DNA of 64,000 nt from Pristiophorus japonicus (Eukaryota), in contig NC_091996.1 in the NCBI RefSeq assembly GCF_044704955.1, positions 27,156,001-27,220,000 of the forward strand, given 5' to 3'. A program made the position numbers and the translations under genes. Shown in pieces: positions 37,111-51,068 of the stretch. Under the pieces are notes generated by a model that did not search any database, was not told where the DNA came from, and saw only the letters and a program-made list of their open reading frames with translations. Position 1 is the first letter of the stretch. Each line of letters starts with the position of its first letter.

Positions 37111-37784
37111 GAGACTATTGTAAATTCTAGTAATGCAGAGCTAATAAGGAATTAGCTTTAGTTCATATTATATTGATTAAAAAAAACTGTCTGCAGGAGA
37201 CCTAATACTTTTACTTCAACTTTAAAATTGTGTCACATCATTTTTGGTCCAAAATGATTGGCCCATTTGCACATGAACCATCTAAGAATCAAAGCAGCTA
37301 TTTTAGTGAACTGTCATCAGATGATACAAGATGTACATTAAATCTCTATTGGTTCCATACAAGACTGTAGATACTGTACAAGGTCCTGTTTGGTACGAAT
37401 GGTCATCCACATCTGGCAATTTAAATATGGCCAGATTTGGGGTATGAATTGTTTTATTAATCTGTTAGTTCCTGTAACACTGACCACAACTAAACCAAGA
37501 CACAAATGATCCATATTTCTTATTGTGCACTAAGTGGCACATTTTAAGTCATAGTGGGAGAGTGCCCAGTCGCGTCAGTCACAAATTGCCCATTGAACAA
37601 TGGGTGTTCAACAACCTGATTCTCCATCCATCTGTTGCCCGTTCATTGGCCCACTGCAATTCATATCTGAAACATACACCCTGAAGTTTTCACCACTTCC
37701 CTTAAAAAAAAGCTGCGGAAAACGTCTCTCCAGGAGTGGATCCATTGTCCTTTCCCCAGGAGATCAAATGAAGACTGCGAGCTT

Positions 37785-39333
37785 GTTGCATCATGAAAGC
37801 AAAAGTTTATTTAAGATTTCAACTACATTTAACTACCACAAGGAAGACTTCTCAATCCAGGGTGTAGTCCAGTTAGAAAGTAACACGAAACTTTTTAATA
37901 CATTATATCACTGCCACAAATTATTTCCATGACTCAAATCAGTTTCAGAATTGCATACAATACAAAAGAGGGGGAAAGGAGGGACTCCCCGTTACACAGG
38001 GTGAAATATACAGTACTGAATACTGAATTCTGTATGCATTACAATTTTTTTTGCGTGGTTTAGTAATGACATGACCAACATTCAAAATGATCTTCAGTAT
38101 TTACAACAGTTGTACTGCTTGTGTTTAAGATGATAACCAAACCTTCCACTTTAGGATTTTTTTTTAAAAGTTGCTAGAGCAACCCTGATTTCTTAAAAGA
38201 TACAATGTACATTAGATTACATGAAAGGAAATAAAGAATTAATTACAAGATGCAAAAAAAGTAAGAAAGACAAACTACTGTGTGAATATTGTTCAGAGGT
38301 AGTAAGTGAGCACTCTAAGCTACAGAACATGTTGAAATTCTATTGGTTCATATGAGTTTGCATGAGGTAATAAAGCTGTGTCTTGATTGGTGAGATGTAT
38401 AAATACTCTTTACCTACATTATTTACAACACTCCTCGTGAACCTTGCCATTTCCTGCCACAGATAGGTTGAAGTAGCAAATCTGAAAAGGTATGAATGCT
38501 GCACCCAGCTAGTACTGTAAAACCCAGACTTCAACTCGTACAAATTCAGAAGCAAAGCATGACTAAGACTGGCATTGAGTTAGTGTGTTAAAAAAAGAAA
38601 TGATTGTAAATAGCACTCTGTTATAATAACAAGTCTCGGGAAAAACAATATTGGTTCTTGGCAACTCTCTGGTTATTTATACGTGGGGCAATAAAACAGC
38701 TCAACCGATTCTTCCAAATGAGTCTTTATACTGGTTGTACAGTTGTGATAAAGGAAATTTGATCAAGATCCTGATATCCTGTAATGCTTTGTTGTTCCAA
38801 ACAAGCTATCGGTTCTAGATATCTTGCTAAAATAGTTTTAAGAAGTAACACGAGTTCAGCTTTGCTAACTTCATGAATTTATGACTGTCTGCTTCGGCAC
38901 CAGCATTCTTGTGTCCTGCAGTCAAATTGAAACATGCATTCATACCTCAAAAGGTCAAGAAGCTTCACAATAACATCTTGCACATATAAATCTTCAAAAA
39001 CATGTTTTCACCCTTTGTGGATTCCCATTATAAATTGACTTTTTGTTCCATTTTAAGTCTGAAAACACTGGACCTATTTAGGCCTTTGCCTCAACCATTG
39101 ATTGAATAAGGCAAGACTGTGCCATACATAATGGAATTAATATGGTATTTTCAATGAGAACCTATGTGTTCCTCTTCCTAAATATGAATTGTATGTTATT
39201 TTCTTTTTCCACTAAAGAGCAGGGTTTTACAGTAAAGCAGCATGTGACTGGGTTACAGCAAATCCACTTTTCTTCTCCTACTGGTCAGTGCTAATCAGGC
39301 CTATTGGCTCAGGGAATGGATGTTGCCAGGAGA
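37785..39333 (-). other. PBX3: PBX3 3'UTR (distal end approximate; AATAAA at 37811-37806)
   Basis: Repeat-free AT-rich sequence after the stop codon, with miRNA seed and Pumilio motifs and a candidate poly(A) signal. Confidence 0.6.
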
Positions 39334-39426
<93 letters not shown>

Positions 39427-41529
39427 CTAGGAAACATGAAGGTTACATGTTAGTTAGTATCAGGATAGTTAGTGAAACACTGCAACACATTTTTTTTGCA
39501 CTGAAATTCAAGGAGCAGTTTGGACAATTATCTAAATTGTAGACAATGACAAAAAGTACATTTCCATGTAAACCCCTATAGCACAATTATGTAGCTGCAA
39601 AGAATATTCTTTTCAAACTGGCTGAAATCTAGAATGACTATATTTGCACTGATTAGCAAAACGGAGTAGATTTCCTGCCAACATTAGGCCTTTGAATGTT
39701 AATTAAATTATAACACTCAAAAACAGTCTTTTTAACTATGTCTATCAAGTCACATTGATGACATAAAAAGAATGTGTTTACATGCATTTCCAAGTTGTAA
39801 GCTCTGCCTGTGGGGAAAAATGTCATTTCATGTCTGGATTTGTATATTAAAAAATTGTAAGTAGAAAAATGTATCAAAAGAAAATAAATGTTTAAATAGA
39901 AACATTACCATTGTAACCCCCAATAGATATTGAAGATCATTTCCTGCAAACCCATGGTAGAATGATGCACTCTGCCATGAAACAGCAGGCAAATCACAAT
40001 TCTCCACAGGGGGAAGTTCCTGATCTCAGCCATGCATGTGGGCAGATGCCAAATTCAACTCTGGCACAATCACAGCAGCAAGAATGGAAGAACGAGAGCG
40101 GGGCAAGCCACCCTGGATGCCCTTGTACACGCATCAGGCTGGCTGAAGATTGCCACAGACTTCAGAGCAGGCTGCCTGCCCACTTCTTAATAGTACAGAG
40201 GGATTAGCAAAAGGAGAGAAAATAAAATGTATCTGAAAAATTAAACATATGAATAAGTTCCTCCTTTTTAGCTACTTATCAAAAACTGCTGATCCATCCC
40301 CTATCAGAAGGGAGCAGGTGGTACCAAGTGATAGCCGCCCCTGCCTCTGGTGATGGCATAACACTTCACCTGCGAAAAACCTTCCCTCAACATCAGTGCT
40401 TCACCTTCACTCAGCACCACACCCATGACCACATCTTCATTCAGTCCCTCCCTCAGCAGCTTGCCCTGTGCCTCTCTGCTAACCCAGTGCCATCTTGGTG
40501 ACTTTTCCAGCCACCCCTTCATTCAGCACCTTGTCTTCACATATCTCCTACTGCAGCACTCTGCTTTTGCTCCATGTCTTGCCTTCATGTAGCCCTTGTT
40601 CCAGTGCCTCCTATTTACTAAGCTTCTTCTCTGGTGCCTCACCCTCTCACACCCCGAAAACTGTCACTAGCAAATCTGTGGTGATTGGGAACTCATCACA
40701 TGGGACTATCTATGGACAGCACAGAATGTTTATATGCCAACAAACCATGCACTTAACTCTTAAAATGCATCTTCTTCATAGATTTGTGGCCACAATTGCT
40801 CACATACTGAATTCCCAATCTCGGCCACATTGCCTGACAGGAGCTAGCAAGCTGAGTTGACACAGGGGAGGGGCAAAATAACAGAGGGTGATTTAACCTG
40901 TACCATTCCAACATGCCTCCGCACAGATAGTTATTAGGCAGCACTGAAGAGTGGGAGGAAATAAAACAGAAAAGTTTAGGGAGTAGAAAAAGGGAACCTC
41001 GTGTTTTGTGGAGGCGCAGGAGTGATGCTCTACATAGACATCAATACAAAAACCAATTTAAGGGGTGCAGAGTTCAACTGATCATCAAGGCTGGGATTCA
41101 ATTTAGGGTCCCCGAATTTGAATGCAGCATCAATTTCAAACACCATCAATTTCAAACTGATGGCTCACATTTTTTTAAAAATTCATTTCCTCTTCATAGA
41201 TACTACTCTCCACTGTGCACCCTCATCCAGCCAAGAGGGCACGGTGATGTTACCTGTTGACTAAGTGAGTATGTACATTCATTAATGACACAATAATATA
41301 ACTCTCTGATTCACACAAATTTAAAAAGATGAGACAGTTTAGAAAATACTGAGTGAACCTTCCAGTTCTATTCCTAACCCTCTCCATTTTCTAGTTTGTC
41401 TTTTTCTGTCTTTCTAAAATAGACGCACACCCTAAATATACACTATACACACACACACACAAAATATATATTATGTAAATTTGTCACAAAAAGCACAATT
41501 TATTACAGACATAAATAAAATCTAGCCTA

Positions 41530-41804
41530 CAGGGTTGGAGTTTAATTTTTTTTCCACAGACAGCCCAGTTTTGCTAGTGGCTATAACTGTCACTAGCAAA
41601 TTTCTTCTTCCACTAGCGAAACTGATCAGAATCAAAGCGAGACTGATGATCGGGATGACAAAATGAAAAGCGAATCCTGGGAAGCTGAGACACTGTTCCG
41701 TGGAGCTCATTAGGAAAATCTTGCTAGTGTTTAGAATACTGACTAGCAAAACTGAAAAATCCATGAGCAATTTGCTGGGCAGCCAGTATTAAATTCAAGC
41801 CCTG
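41530..41804. mobile_element. hAT-like MITE in PBX3 intron 8
   Basis: TIRs CAGGGTTGGAGTTTAAT / ATTAAATTCAAGCCCTG; repeated internal CTAGC motifs; no 8-bp TSD seen. Confidence 0.5.
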
Positions 41805-44377
41805 ATTATAACTGCTGTCAGACTCAATCTCCTGAAAAGTGTTCACATTCTGTGCAGACAACATTATTTAGATTTAGGAAAGAGCACTGCTCAGAGGTCC
41901 CGATTTTAAAACAATATTTTTAAGGTTCTGAGTCATCAATCCGCGGACACCACGCGTTTTAACTCCTGCAGGCTCATGCATATTGAACAGATCATACATG
42001 GCATCATACAGGGAAAGATTTCCGCTGACATAAGGAGAGCTGGCAGAAACAAGGCAAATACTGAAAGCAGTCCCTTGCAAATGAAACCTAGCTGATCTGT
42101 TTTGCACAAATTGAGAACCCATTCAACTCTGCGAAGTGAATAATTGAATGTTTTTCTTAAGTGAACAGAAATTGAAAATCCTAAATTTGGACCCATTGGA
42201 TTCAGACCTTTCAGCTGAAATATTTCTGCTGTGAATCCTTGTATGGTCAGATTACACAATTCACCATTTTTACAGCTGAAATTGCAAAATGTGTACGGTG
42301 ACGTCTGTTATTTCAACAAACTACCATACAAGTTAAAGACAACTGCACCAAACTTCACCATTCCAGAAACTCTTGTATTAAAATTAAAAGTACAGAATAA
42401 ACAATGCAGTGGAACATCTCCCTATGAGCCCCTGACAAGGGAATGAATGTCGAATTCCTTCAACAGAAAAAAAATTGAAAACCATGTTTATTCTAAATCA
42501 GCAACTAAACGCCAGAATCCTGCAGCTTTAAATCATTGACTTTCAAATGCAGATAACAGTCTCCTGACAGAACAAGAAAAGGGCCAAAAATAAAGAGGAA
42601 CGGTCAGCATCGCAAGGCATTACGAAAGACAAGTGGTCAAGACAGGATGCATGTTTTGGTGGAAACACAAAGTGGCATTTCACATGAAACTAACTCGTAG
42701 AGAAGAGTGACATGATACATGACATCACTGGGGGTGGGGAGGCGAGTCTTTGTCATACTATCAGAAAGCCTCTTCCTATTTCTCTCCAGCATAACTATTC
42801 AACCAATAACTAAAAATTCAAGTTGGCACTTGCAGGATGCCAATTACTGTTTACAAATATCTCATTTATTCACTTTGCTTCAAGCCCTCATTTCAACGTG
42901 TACATATTCAGTTTGCCAGCAGCAGGAACACGCAGAACAAGATGGACATCTCTGGCCCTCACGCAGGAGCCTGCTTTGTTGAGCTCATTAAGTGTAAATT
43001 AAATGTGAATTTTGAACTTGGCGACACACTTGCATTCCTGCATAAACCACTGGTGCTCCTTACATTTGTTTTGCATCAGGAATGAGAGATCCGAGAAATG
43101 AGTTCTCCTGATGTCTTGGCCTGTAGAGGCAATTGTTGAAATCAATGTCTGATCAAATTTCTGCTGTGGCAGACAGCTTGTCGCTACATATTTTTATGTC
43201 AGTCAAGAAGAGGGAAGGCGCAGGCCTCGTGAGTTGAGGAACATTGAGTGGAAGTGACGGGGCAGCCCTTTCTGTAGGGGCCAATGTGAGCCACATTGAC
43301 TTTGAGTGCTTGCGGCGAAGACTAGCCTTTGCTCAAACCTCCCATCGCCAAACATCAGCAACAAAAAAAGGTTAGCGTATGCTAATAACGGTTTATTTAC
43401 AATGCGGCTAATTACCAAAGCAATCCATCTGCATTACTGTAAAACTATAACCTACACCAGTCATGCATACTGTCGATAAAATCTTTTATTTGTCAATGCA
43501 TAAAACTGGCAACGGGTCAGCAATGTGTTACCTATCCTTGTTTACACTGTGTATATTAATATACTTTTTTTTCCTCTTGTGAAATATCCTTTACATCAGC
43601 GTTTCCAAATTAAACACACATTGTTCAACTTGCACCTTTGGTATTTACCAGATCCATAAGCTTATTGGCAAATACTCGGCACTGCCTCTAGAGTGGCTAT
43701 ATTTAGATTGGGAGACTTTCCTGTAACACTATGAAGACAATGTGATTAGTCAGAAGGACAGTACTTATAAAATAATTTAGTCATCGTTATCCAAATTTTA
43801 GAGATTAGTTAAGAACACGTAGCTTCTGATCCTTGCTGTGTCCAAATCTAATCGAATTTCAGGGAGATGAAGTTGCATACATTAATAGGCTCCTGCAGGG
43901 ACAGCTGCCAAACTATATCCCTTCTATTTAAAAAAATAATAAAAATCTCTCAACATCTATACCATACCAGTATGGTATAATGCACTGCACTATTATATGA
44001 CACCTTATCAAGGCTCATCAACGAAGATGGAATTCATGACGACAAAATGCTGCAGGCAAGGACAGTTTTATATTCCATCTTCTAACTACAGTGTGTAGCC
44101 AATGATACATCCAACGCTGTGAAGTATTTTGTACTGGTTTTAAATTAATAGAACAAAAGATCTCTATATTTCCCTTTATTTTATTTTGCTTTAGAAAACA
44201 GATCTAATTTTCCTACATAACCATCAATTCTTTACATCGGCATTCCATTCAGGAATTTGGGATAATGTAACCCTCTCTGCTATCAAAAGCTCAATTAAGA
44301 AACTATAATGGCTTACACTGGCAGGGCTTTAGCTTTTCTTTTTCTTCTATGGACACAGAAATAAAAGTGTTCCTTAC

Positions 44378-44467
44378 GCTCAAACTGTGTGGACTGTACA
44401 GTGAATTTCCTCCAAGACCGTCACTGTATCCGCCCGTCTGATTGATAACATGACGCAGGGAATCCAC
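44378..44467 (-). CDS. PBX3: PBX3 exon 8 (90 nt)
   Basis: TTGCTTCAG| [30 protein letters not shown] |GTAAGG. Confidence 0.95.
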
Positions 44468-45562
44468 CTGAAGCAAAAGCAAACAAAAAGAACATGTCAG
44501 GCTTGATGCGACAGAGCTGTCTTTCTCTTACAGGAAATGATCTGGTAGATTGCGATGTGTAAGCTTGCCATACTGCCTTCATTATATTGGGACATAATTC
44601 CATTTCATTTTAAATATTTTTTTAAGCTAGTGCCCATTGTGTTAAAAATTTGCTTTTTAAAGATGTCAGGCTAAGCTTACATAGTGTACTGAATTCTGCA
44701 AATCTTGCCATAGGATTCCTATTTTTTTTTGGAATCCAATAACTAAATTACACGCAAAAGTTTTCTGCAGCCAGTCAGCATGCTGTCAGTAACAATTTAA
44801 TGGATCACTCTTAACAAGAACTGCAGTCATGTACTGACACTTTTTACACAAATGACTACATTCAGGAAGACAAACAGTGAAAAACTACACTGTTTGCTTG
44901 TAATGTAGCCAACCACTTTGATAAACGTTATCCAAGTTACTGCACAAATACTCGTACAGTACTCACCTCATGTCATTTACTTAAACACATCATTAAGAAT
45001 ATCAATTATAAAACAATAGTTAATCTGTATTTTAATTGCTGCCTTTCTATCCATTTAAATGGCTGAAAGGGGGAAAAAAGCCAACACTTTCTGGCTAAAT
45101 TGGCTTTATTTATTTTGGTGAGTGAGTGTGGGTCCCCACCCTCTCCCAGTGCCTCCATTAATATGTGAAACTTTGACAGACACACTCTTCAAACTCCTAG
45201 AATGAATAATTCTTAGCTTGAAAGAAAGAAACAGGTTTCAAAAAACATAAGGCATGAAAAAAATGAGAGGAAAGTTGTGAATGAATATGGCAAAAGCTTA
45301 CACCAATCACCAAATTCTCCAAATTTCCACCCACCCCACCCTTAATTGCTCAAGCCAGAGCCGTCTGCATTCACATAGTTTTAAAATCAGACATGGAACA
45401 TCACAAATAACGGACTCAAAACAATAATGATAAATATCAAAGCAGCAGAATGGATAATTGAATTAATCTGTACTTTAAGTACAGAATATTTACTGGGCTA
45501 TAGGTCAGAGTAAGGCAGTTTTAATGTCTAAGCCCTACCCTGCTACCTAGGCCCTAATATTG

Positions 45563-45718
45563 NNNNNNNNNNNNNNNNNNNNNNNNNNNNNNNNNNNNNN
45601 NNNNNNNNNNNNNNNNNNNNNNNNNNNNNNNNNNNNNNNNNNNNNNNNNNNNNNNNNNNNNNNNNNNNNNNNNNNNNNNNNNNNNNNNNNNNNNNNNNNN
45701 NNNNNNNNNNNNNNNNNN
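45563..45718. other. 156-N gap, probably containing PBX3 exon 7
   Basis: Lies between exons 6 and 8; 113-nt exon 7 not found elsewhere; long pyrimidine tract just upstream on minus strand (45740-45812). Confidence 0.7.
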
Positions 45719-46240
45719 CACAGAGGGCTTTAAATCTCTCCCCAAAGTTCTCAAAAGAAAGAGCACACAAGAAAGAAACAGAAATAAAGAAACAGAGAGA
45801 AAAGAAACAGCAGCCTTTCCATCACATGAAAAGCATTAAGAAAACTGTCCAGACTCTTTACAGAATGAGGAGTGTTTTTTTTCTTTTAAATCTCTGTTCT
45901 GTCAAATAACAACCTGCAAAGACTGAAGCAGTGAATTGTGAAGTGATTTTGCTTCTTTTAGAATGGGAAACACCCTATGGAGACACCACTGAACTTACCT
46001 TATTGGGAAATGGGAATTTAATATTTTCAGATCAGCACAAAGTTTTAAATTCAAATCTCAAATGCAATTAGAGGTGGGGCTTAAACATGGCAACCATGGT
46101 ACTTTTAATATAAGCAGGAACATAATTTTAACAGTTTGTGTTTTAAAAGTGAGGTTCTTGTTCTGATAAAATTATGCTGCTTTATGGCAAAACAAAATAG
46201 CAACAGTTTGTGCACTGTGTGATGGAACCTTTTCACTTAC

Positions 46241-46406
46241 CGGAGGTGGGTGTAGTGGGAGAGTTTGCTTGGCTGTTTTGAACGGCAGCTGCCACAGCGT
46301 GTGCGGCATTTACAGCGGTTTTTGCAGCATAAAGGTTAGCTTCTTCTTGGAACTTTCCGATATTCTTCTTGTACCTGATTCGTTTATTGCCAAACCAATT
46401 CGATAC
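46241..46406 (-). CDS. PBX3: PBX3 exon 6 (166 nt; homeodomain helix 3 and C-terminal extension)
   Basis: TTTCCTCAG| [55 protein letters not shown](G) |GTAAGT; [11 protein letters not shown] is PBX3-type. Confidence 0.96.
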
Positions 46407-47759
46407 CTGAGGAAAGGAGGGTACAACACGTCAAATGACCCTGCCAAGTACTCAGTTCTATTATTACTTCCAAGTGTCACATTCACAGGTTCCACCTTTT
46501 CCAGTGGGTATCTCAACTAATTAAGCAATAATCAAGGATAGGTTGTATGTTATTAGGGATTGGAGCATGACATGATTCTGTCTGTCTCTTAGCAGAACAG
46601 GTACTCAAGGGCTTACACATCTACTACGACATGCGTCTTCAAGTTGTGATTACACTGGGAAAAAAATCCAAAAAACCAAAACATTAATAATAAAGAAGTA
46701 ATTGTTGATGCATTAAGTGCCACCTGCCAATCAAAAATTGTTATTGAGCTGGTTACAAAGTGCATTCTTTTCATTGAGAAGTGGTAAGATGAGAAGGCCA
46801 GGAAATGCCATTGTTCTTTGTTTCTGGTCTGGAACAACCTGGCAGTACTACAATTTAAATCATGTTCAGTCAGATGAATATGAATAGAGTGATGTAAATC
46901 AATAATAAATGAGCTGGTGTTTTGTATTATCCCTCTGAACATACTCGAATCAGGATCTGTGTTGCCAGGGCTAATCCTTGTGCATTAACCTGTGCAGGGA
47001 TCCTTATAAATTGGTTAGTAATCATTTGTACTGTGGCCAATGGGGGCAAAGCTGGGATGATGCTGCATTATTATTTTCAAGGGTCAAAACATGGCAACCA
47101 GAGAGCAACTGAATTTTCTGTGCATTCCAAAACAATGTCGTGGGTGTTATATATTATTCATTCCACTTTACTAACACTCAGATTATTCACGAAAGCAAGC
47201 ATAATAAAAAATACCTGCGAAGGAGTCAGAAGGCAGTGACCCAATCAGATGACATTATAAACTGCTAGAGCCAAGGCTGAATGATTCCGAACTTCAGCTG
47301 AACACCCGAGATTGGGTACAGACCTTAACGCATACCCATGTGCTGGTATTTTTTTTTAAACATGTGCGATTTACAATATTTTGTCTACATAATGTAAAAT
47401 GTTTTATCTTACTGCTGATTCTGTTGTGAAAGGAACATTTTTACTATTGCTACTGAAAGAGAGCTGTTAATCTGGTGCTGTGGGGACGACTAGGGAATAA
47501 ATGTTTTTTTATGTTGTCTAAATTTGTATCGCGTGGCAAGGTTATAGCTGCGTAAATGACTGAAAAAATGTTACAATCCTTTGTAATGCAAGTATAGTAA
47601 GGTGGTTTAATTTTCCCTGGTAATGTACTAATTAATGTGTTCACCTAAAATTCTATAGTATGTTATTTTAATGTGGGCATTAACCTGCTTATTTTAAATG
47701 GGTTAACTGAATTAAAAGATGCGCAAAGGAACTTCACACAAACATGGTAAGCAACAAAA

Positions 47760-48140
47760 GCAGAAACTTGTATTTATATAGCGCCTTTAATTTAGTAAAC
47801 ATCCCAAAACGCTTCACAGGAGTGTTATAAGACAAAAAAAAATACATTAGACACCGAGCCACATAAGAAGAAATTACGGCAGATGACCAAAAGCTTGGTA
47901 GGTTTTAAGGAGCATCTTAAAAGAGGAAAGAGCGGTAGCAAGGTGGCGAGGTTTAGGGAGGGAGTTCCAGAGCTTAGGGCCTCGGCAGCTGAAGGCATGG
48001 CCACTGATGGTTAAGCAGTTATAATCAGGGATGGTCAAAAGGACAGAATTTGAAGAGGTGTTGTGAGGCTGAATCAGATTATAGAGATAGGGAGGGACGA
48101 GGCCATGGAGGGATTTGTAATCAAGGATGAGAATTTTGCA
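47760..48140 (-). mobile_element. L2 LINE 3' end
   Basis: Matches 23625-24015; GPKLWNSLP. Confidence 0.85.
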
Positions 48141-50859
48141 GTGCACTACCAGAGGAAATTAAGTCCTCAGGTGATTCGGAAAGAATACCAACCTGGGAGG
48201 GTGCTTTGTGAATAATACACTCAAGAGGTTCAGATGATTCCATAAACTCAGAGCGAAGCTAAAGAAGTTTTTGTAATAATCCAAATCCAACTATTTTTAA
48301 ATTAAATTTTCTTATATGTACAATTTTCCCATTTGGGTTCTGTTGAGTTTACATCTTATTTTACTCATGTCAATATTCTGTCACCATTATGGCTGAAAAG
48401 TTTTGCTGTATAGATTAATTTCATGTGATTGGTGAAGTTGCAAAATTTTGATGCTAATTTGTAAAGACAATTCAACAATAATATTCACACGTGAGAAAGA
48501 ATGACTGTTACACTGAAAAATGATACAGTTCCTTGTTCTGCAGTACTCCTGTACATATTCTAATATTGTTTTGCCCAGTAGTTCAAAATTTGCTTTGATT
48601 ATATTTAGAATAATAGATAATCCTGTAGTCAGAGTGAAGAGGTCCATTATAAAGAAGAATGGCCACCTGACATCAAAAGATATGCAAAATTGTAGCACGA
48701 TATTCTATTTTTTGGGAGTAATTTCTTTGTGAGGATACTAAAACGTTATATTTTCTAACCTCTTCCACCACCCCTCCACTCCATGCCCTCCATTTCTCTG
48801 GGCTACCTCCGGCAAGAGGGTAAGCAGGAAGCTTGCTCCCAGACTTCAAATAGTGCCTCTCAAAACCAGATACTGGGAGTTGCATGAGAATAATCAGAAA
48901 ACAATTCTCCCTCGGATTTTATCTTTCTTCTTGGCATGGGAGGCATCCCACAACACACTTCATAAGGACAACATAGTGGTATGTGGGAATTAAACACAGC
49001 AACCACAGCAGTCGAGAACATAACCCACCAGTGTTGTTGCAGTGCACTTGGAAATCTTTATTTTAGAACCGTTTTTTAAGATCTTGTATTTTTTTTTAAA
49101 AAAACAATATAGTCATAACAGCAATGATATAATACAATTTACCTTCAATGCTACATCACACACTGCCAGGCATTGCCAACAGCAGGTTACTAGGAAATAT
49201 GCTACACAATCTATAAGAGCACAACCATACAGCAACACATCCATCATAATTATTGTGGTAATCATATTAACAGTTATTGACTATTTAATAACTAAAGTAT
49301 CCATATAGTACAAACATTCACAGATGCACACAGATAAAAAAAAACAGCAACCATTCACAATGTGTAATAAATTCCAGGCCTGGCACTAAAATTTTATATC
49401 TTTAGCACCCATCTAAAATATGAGGAAAGATTTTGCACGACATCAGATCCTTTGCAGCACTCCAGTCTCTATGCTTCTTAATCTTTAATATCAAGGCAAT
49501 TAAAATTAATGACCACTCATACAAACCACTGTGGGCAGTGTTTCCTTGACATCGGTTGTTTGATGAGTTTACCTTGAGGTTAACTAACAAGCAAGGTTTA
49601 ATTGGAGCAAAGGAAGAAAGACAATCATCCGATGTTCTTACCCTCACAACTGCAAAAAATAAAGAAGCTGGATCCACACACAATTTAAAGACCCCTTTCA
49701 AAGATATCTTAAATCACAAGGGGAAAAAAAAGACTTTTTATCCAGTCTGAATTTGTCTGGTAGAATATGATAACTAGAAATCATACAATCAATAAACTGT
49801 CAGGATGGAGGAAGCCCTATCAGCTTGCCTGTAACAGCTCATGTTTTTACTGCTACTCCCAAGGTAATTGTAATATTATACTGATGTCTGCCCATTTCTG
49901 CTTCAAAACATTCATCAGGCTTTGGCGTCAATGGTAGTATATTTTTAAACTGTAAAAGCAGATAGGATCCAAAATTCCATGGGCTGTATCTGATCGGAAG
50001 ATGGATACATAATAATATTAAGGGCATATCTGTAACCACAATGACATATTACTGTGATTCTCTTTAGTTGGAGGATTTTGTTGCGATCAAAATGGGAGCA
50101 TTAGGTATTTAGGTGTATCCTTGCGTTGTTAACCTGAGTACGAACTGGTATAAAGGGTTTCAAAAGGGATGGTATTGCAATTGCTAAAATCTCTCAAAAC
50201 TGCACATCTACAAGGTCTTGCAGCAAAAGCTTTCTGACTTTATTAAATGTTGCTTCATAGATTTGCTTTAAATATAAAAATGTAAATGTGGCAATATAAA
50301 GATTATAATTTTTTTAGGTAAGCCCCAGCTTACAGATTATAGAGTTGGCACTGCAAGTTTTCAAATAATTGTTAAAAGTATAAAACAGATCTTCGCTGAT
50401 GCTGCCATTTTATGACATGTCTAACTTACATGGTTACATCAGGTTTATTTTGAAGAACTCACAGGTTTCTTTGAGAATTGACTGGGAAAAGATTTGTCAG
50501 GAATGATCAGAAAGAGTTAACAGAATTTAAAATGAACAGAATGATTTATTAGGATCTTTATAGGTCAGGAACAAGTACACCTCACCTGATGAGAGGAATG
50601 GCAAGGTGTCCATTTCATGTGCTGCTGTCTGAGATTACATTCTTACTGAGGTTAAAAAGTATTGAATTCCGAGATAGTTCCCTCTCCATCCCAATATTCT
50701 CTCCTCTTGAAGGCTTACTCTGATACTTCAATATGATTTCACGACACTGGAAATCATCTCATAGCTCATTTAAGGGGGCGTTCTTCATGTGTAGACCTGG
50801 ATAGTGAGTGTCACCAGCTTACTTGGCCATGGAGCACATCACAGTCAAGTCCAAAAAAG

Positions 50860-51068
50860 TCAGGCACAGCATCTGTGGAGAGAAGCAACAAGTCAACGGT
50901 TCAGGAAATGCCCTTCATCTGTAATAGTTTCTGCTTCTGGTGAAAGGCAATGCCTGAAACCGGTGACCTGCTACTTCTCTTCCCAGATGTTGGGCCTGAC
51001 TTATTGCTTGTTTTCAGCACATTCTGGGTTTGTTTCAGATTTCCAATGTCTACAGTATTTTATTTTTG
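50860..51068. mobile_element. Inverted pair of Penelope-like terminal fragments with decayed hammerhead cores
   Basis: Minus copy CAGATGA..GAACCGTTGAC..CTCTCCACAGATGCTG and plus copy CTGGTGA..AGGCAATGCCT GAAAC..CCCAGATGTTG diverge from ~50928. Confidence 0.5.

Noticed and set aside
39900-41160. Compositionally distinct stretch in PBX3 intron 8, possibly a decayed DNA transposon
   Set aside because: No convincing TIRs or protein motifs identified by eye
44955-46010. Consensus donor sites GAG|GTGAGT (~44967) and AAG|GTAAGT (~45998) on the minus strand
   Set aside because: Upstream sequence has no PBX exon-7 homology; cannot support as exons without RNA data
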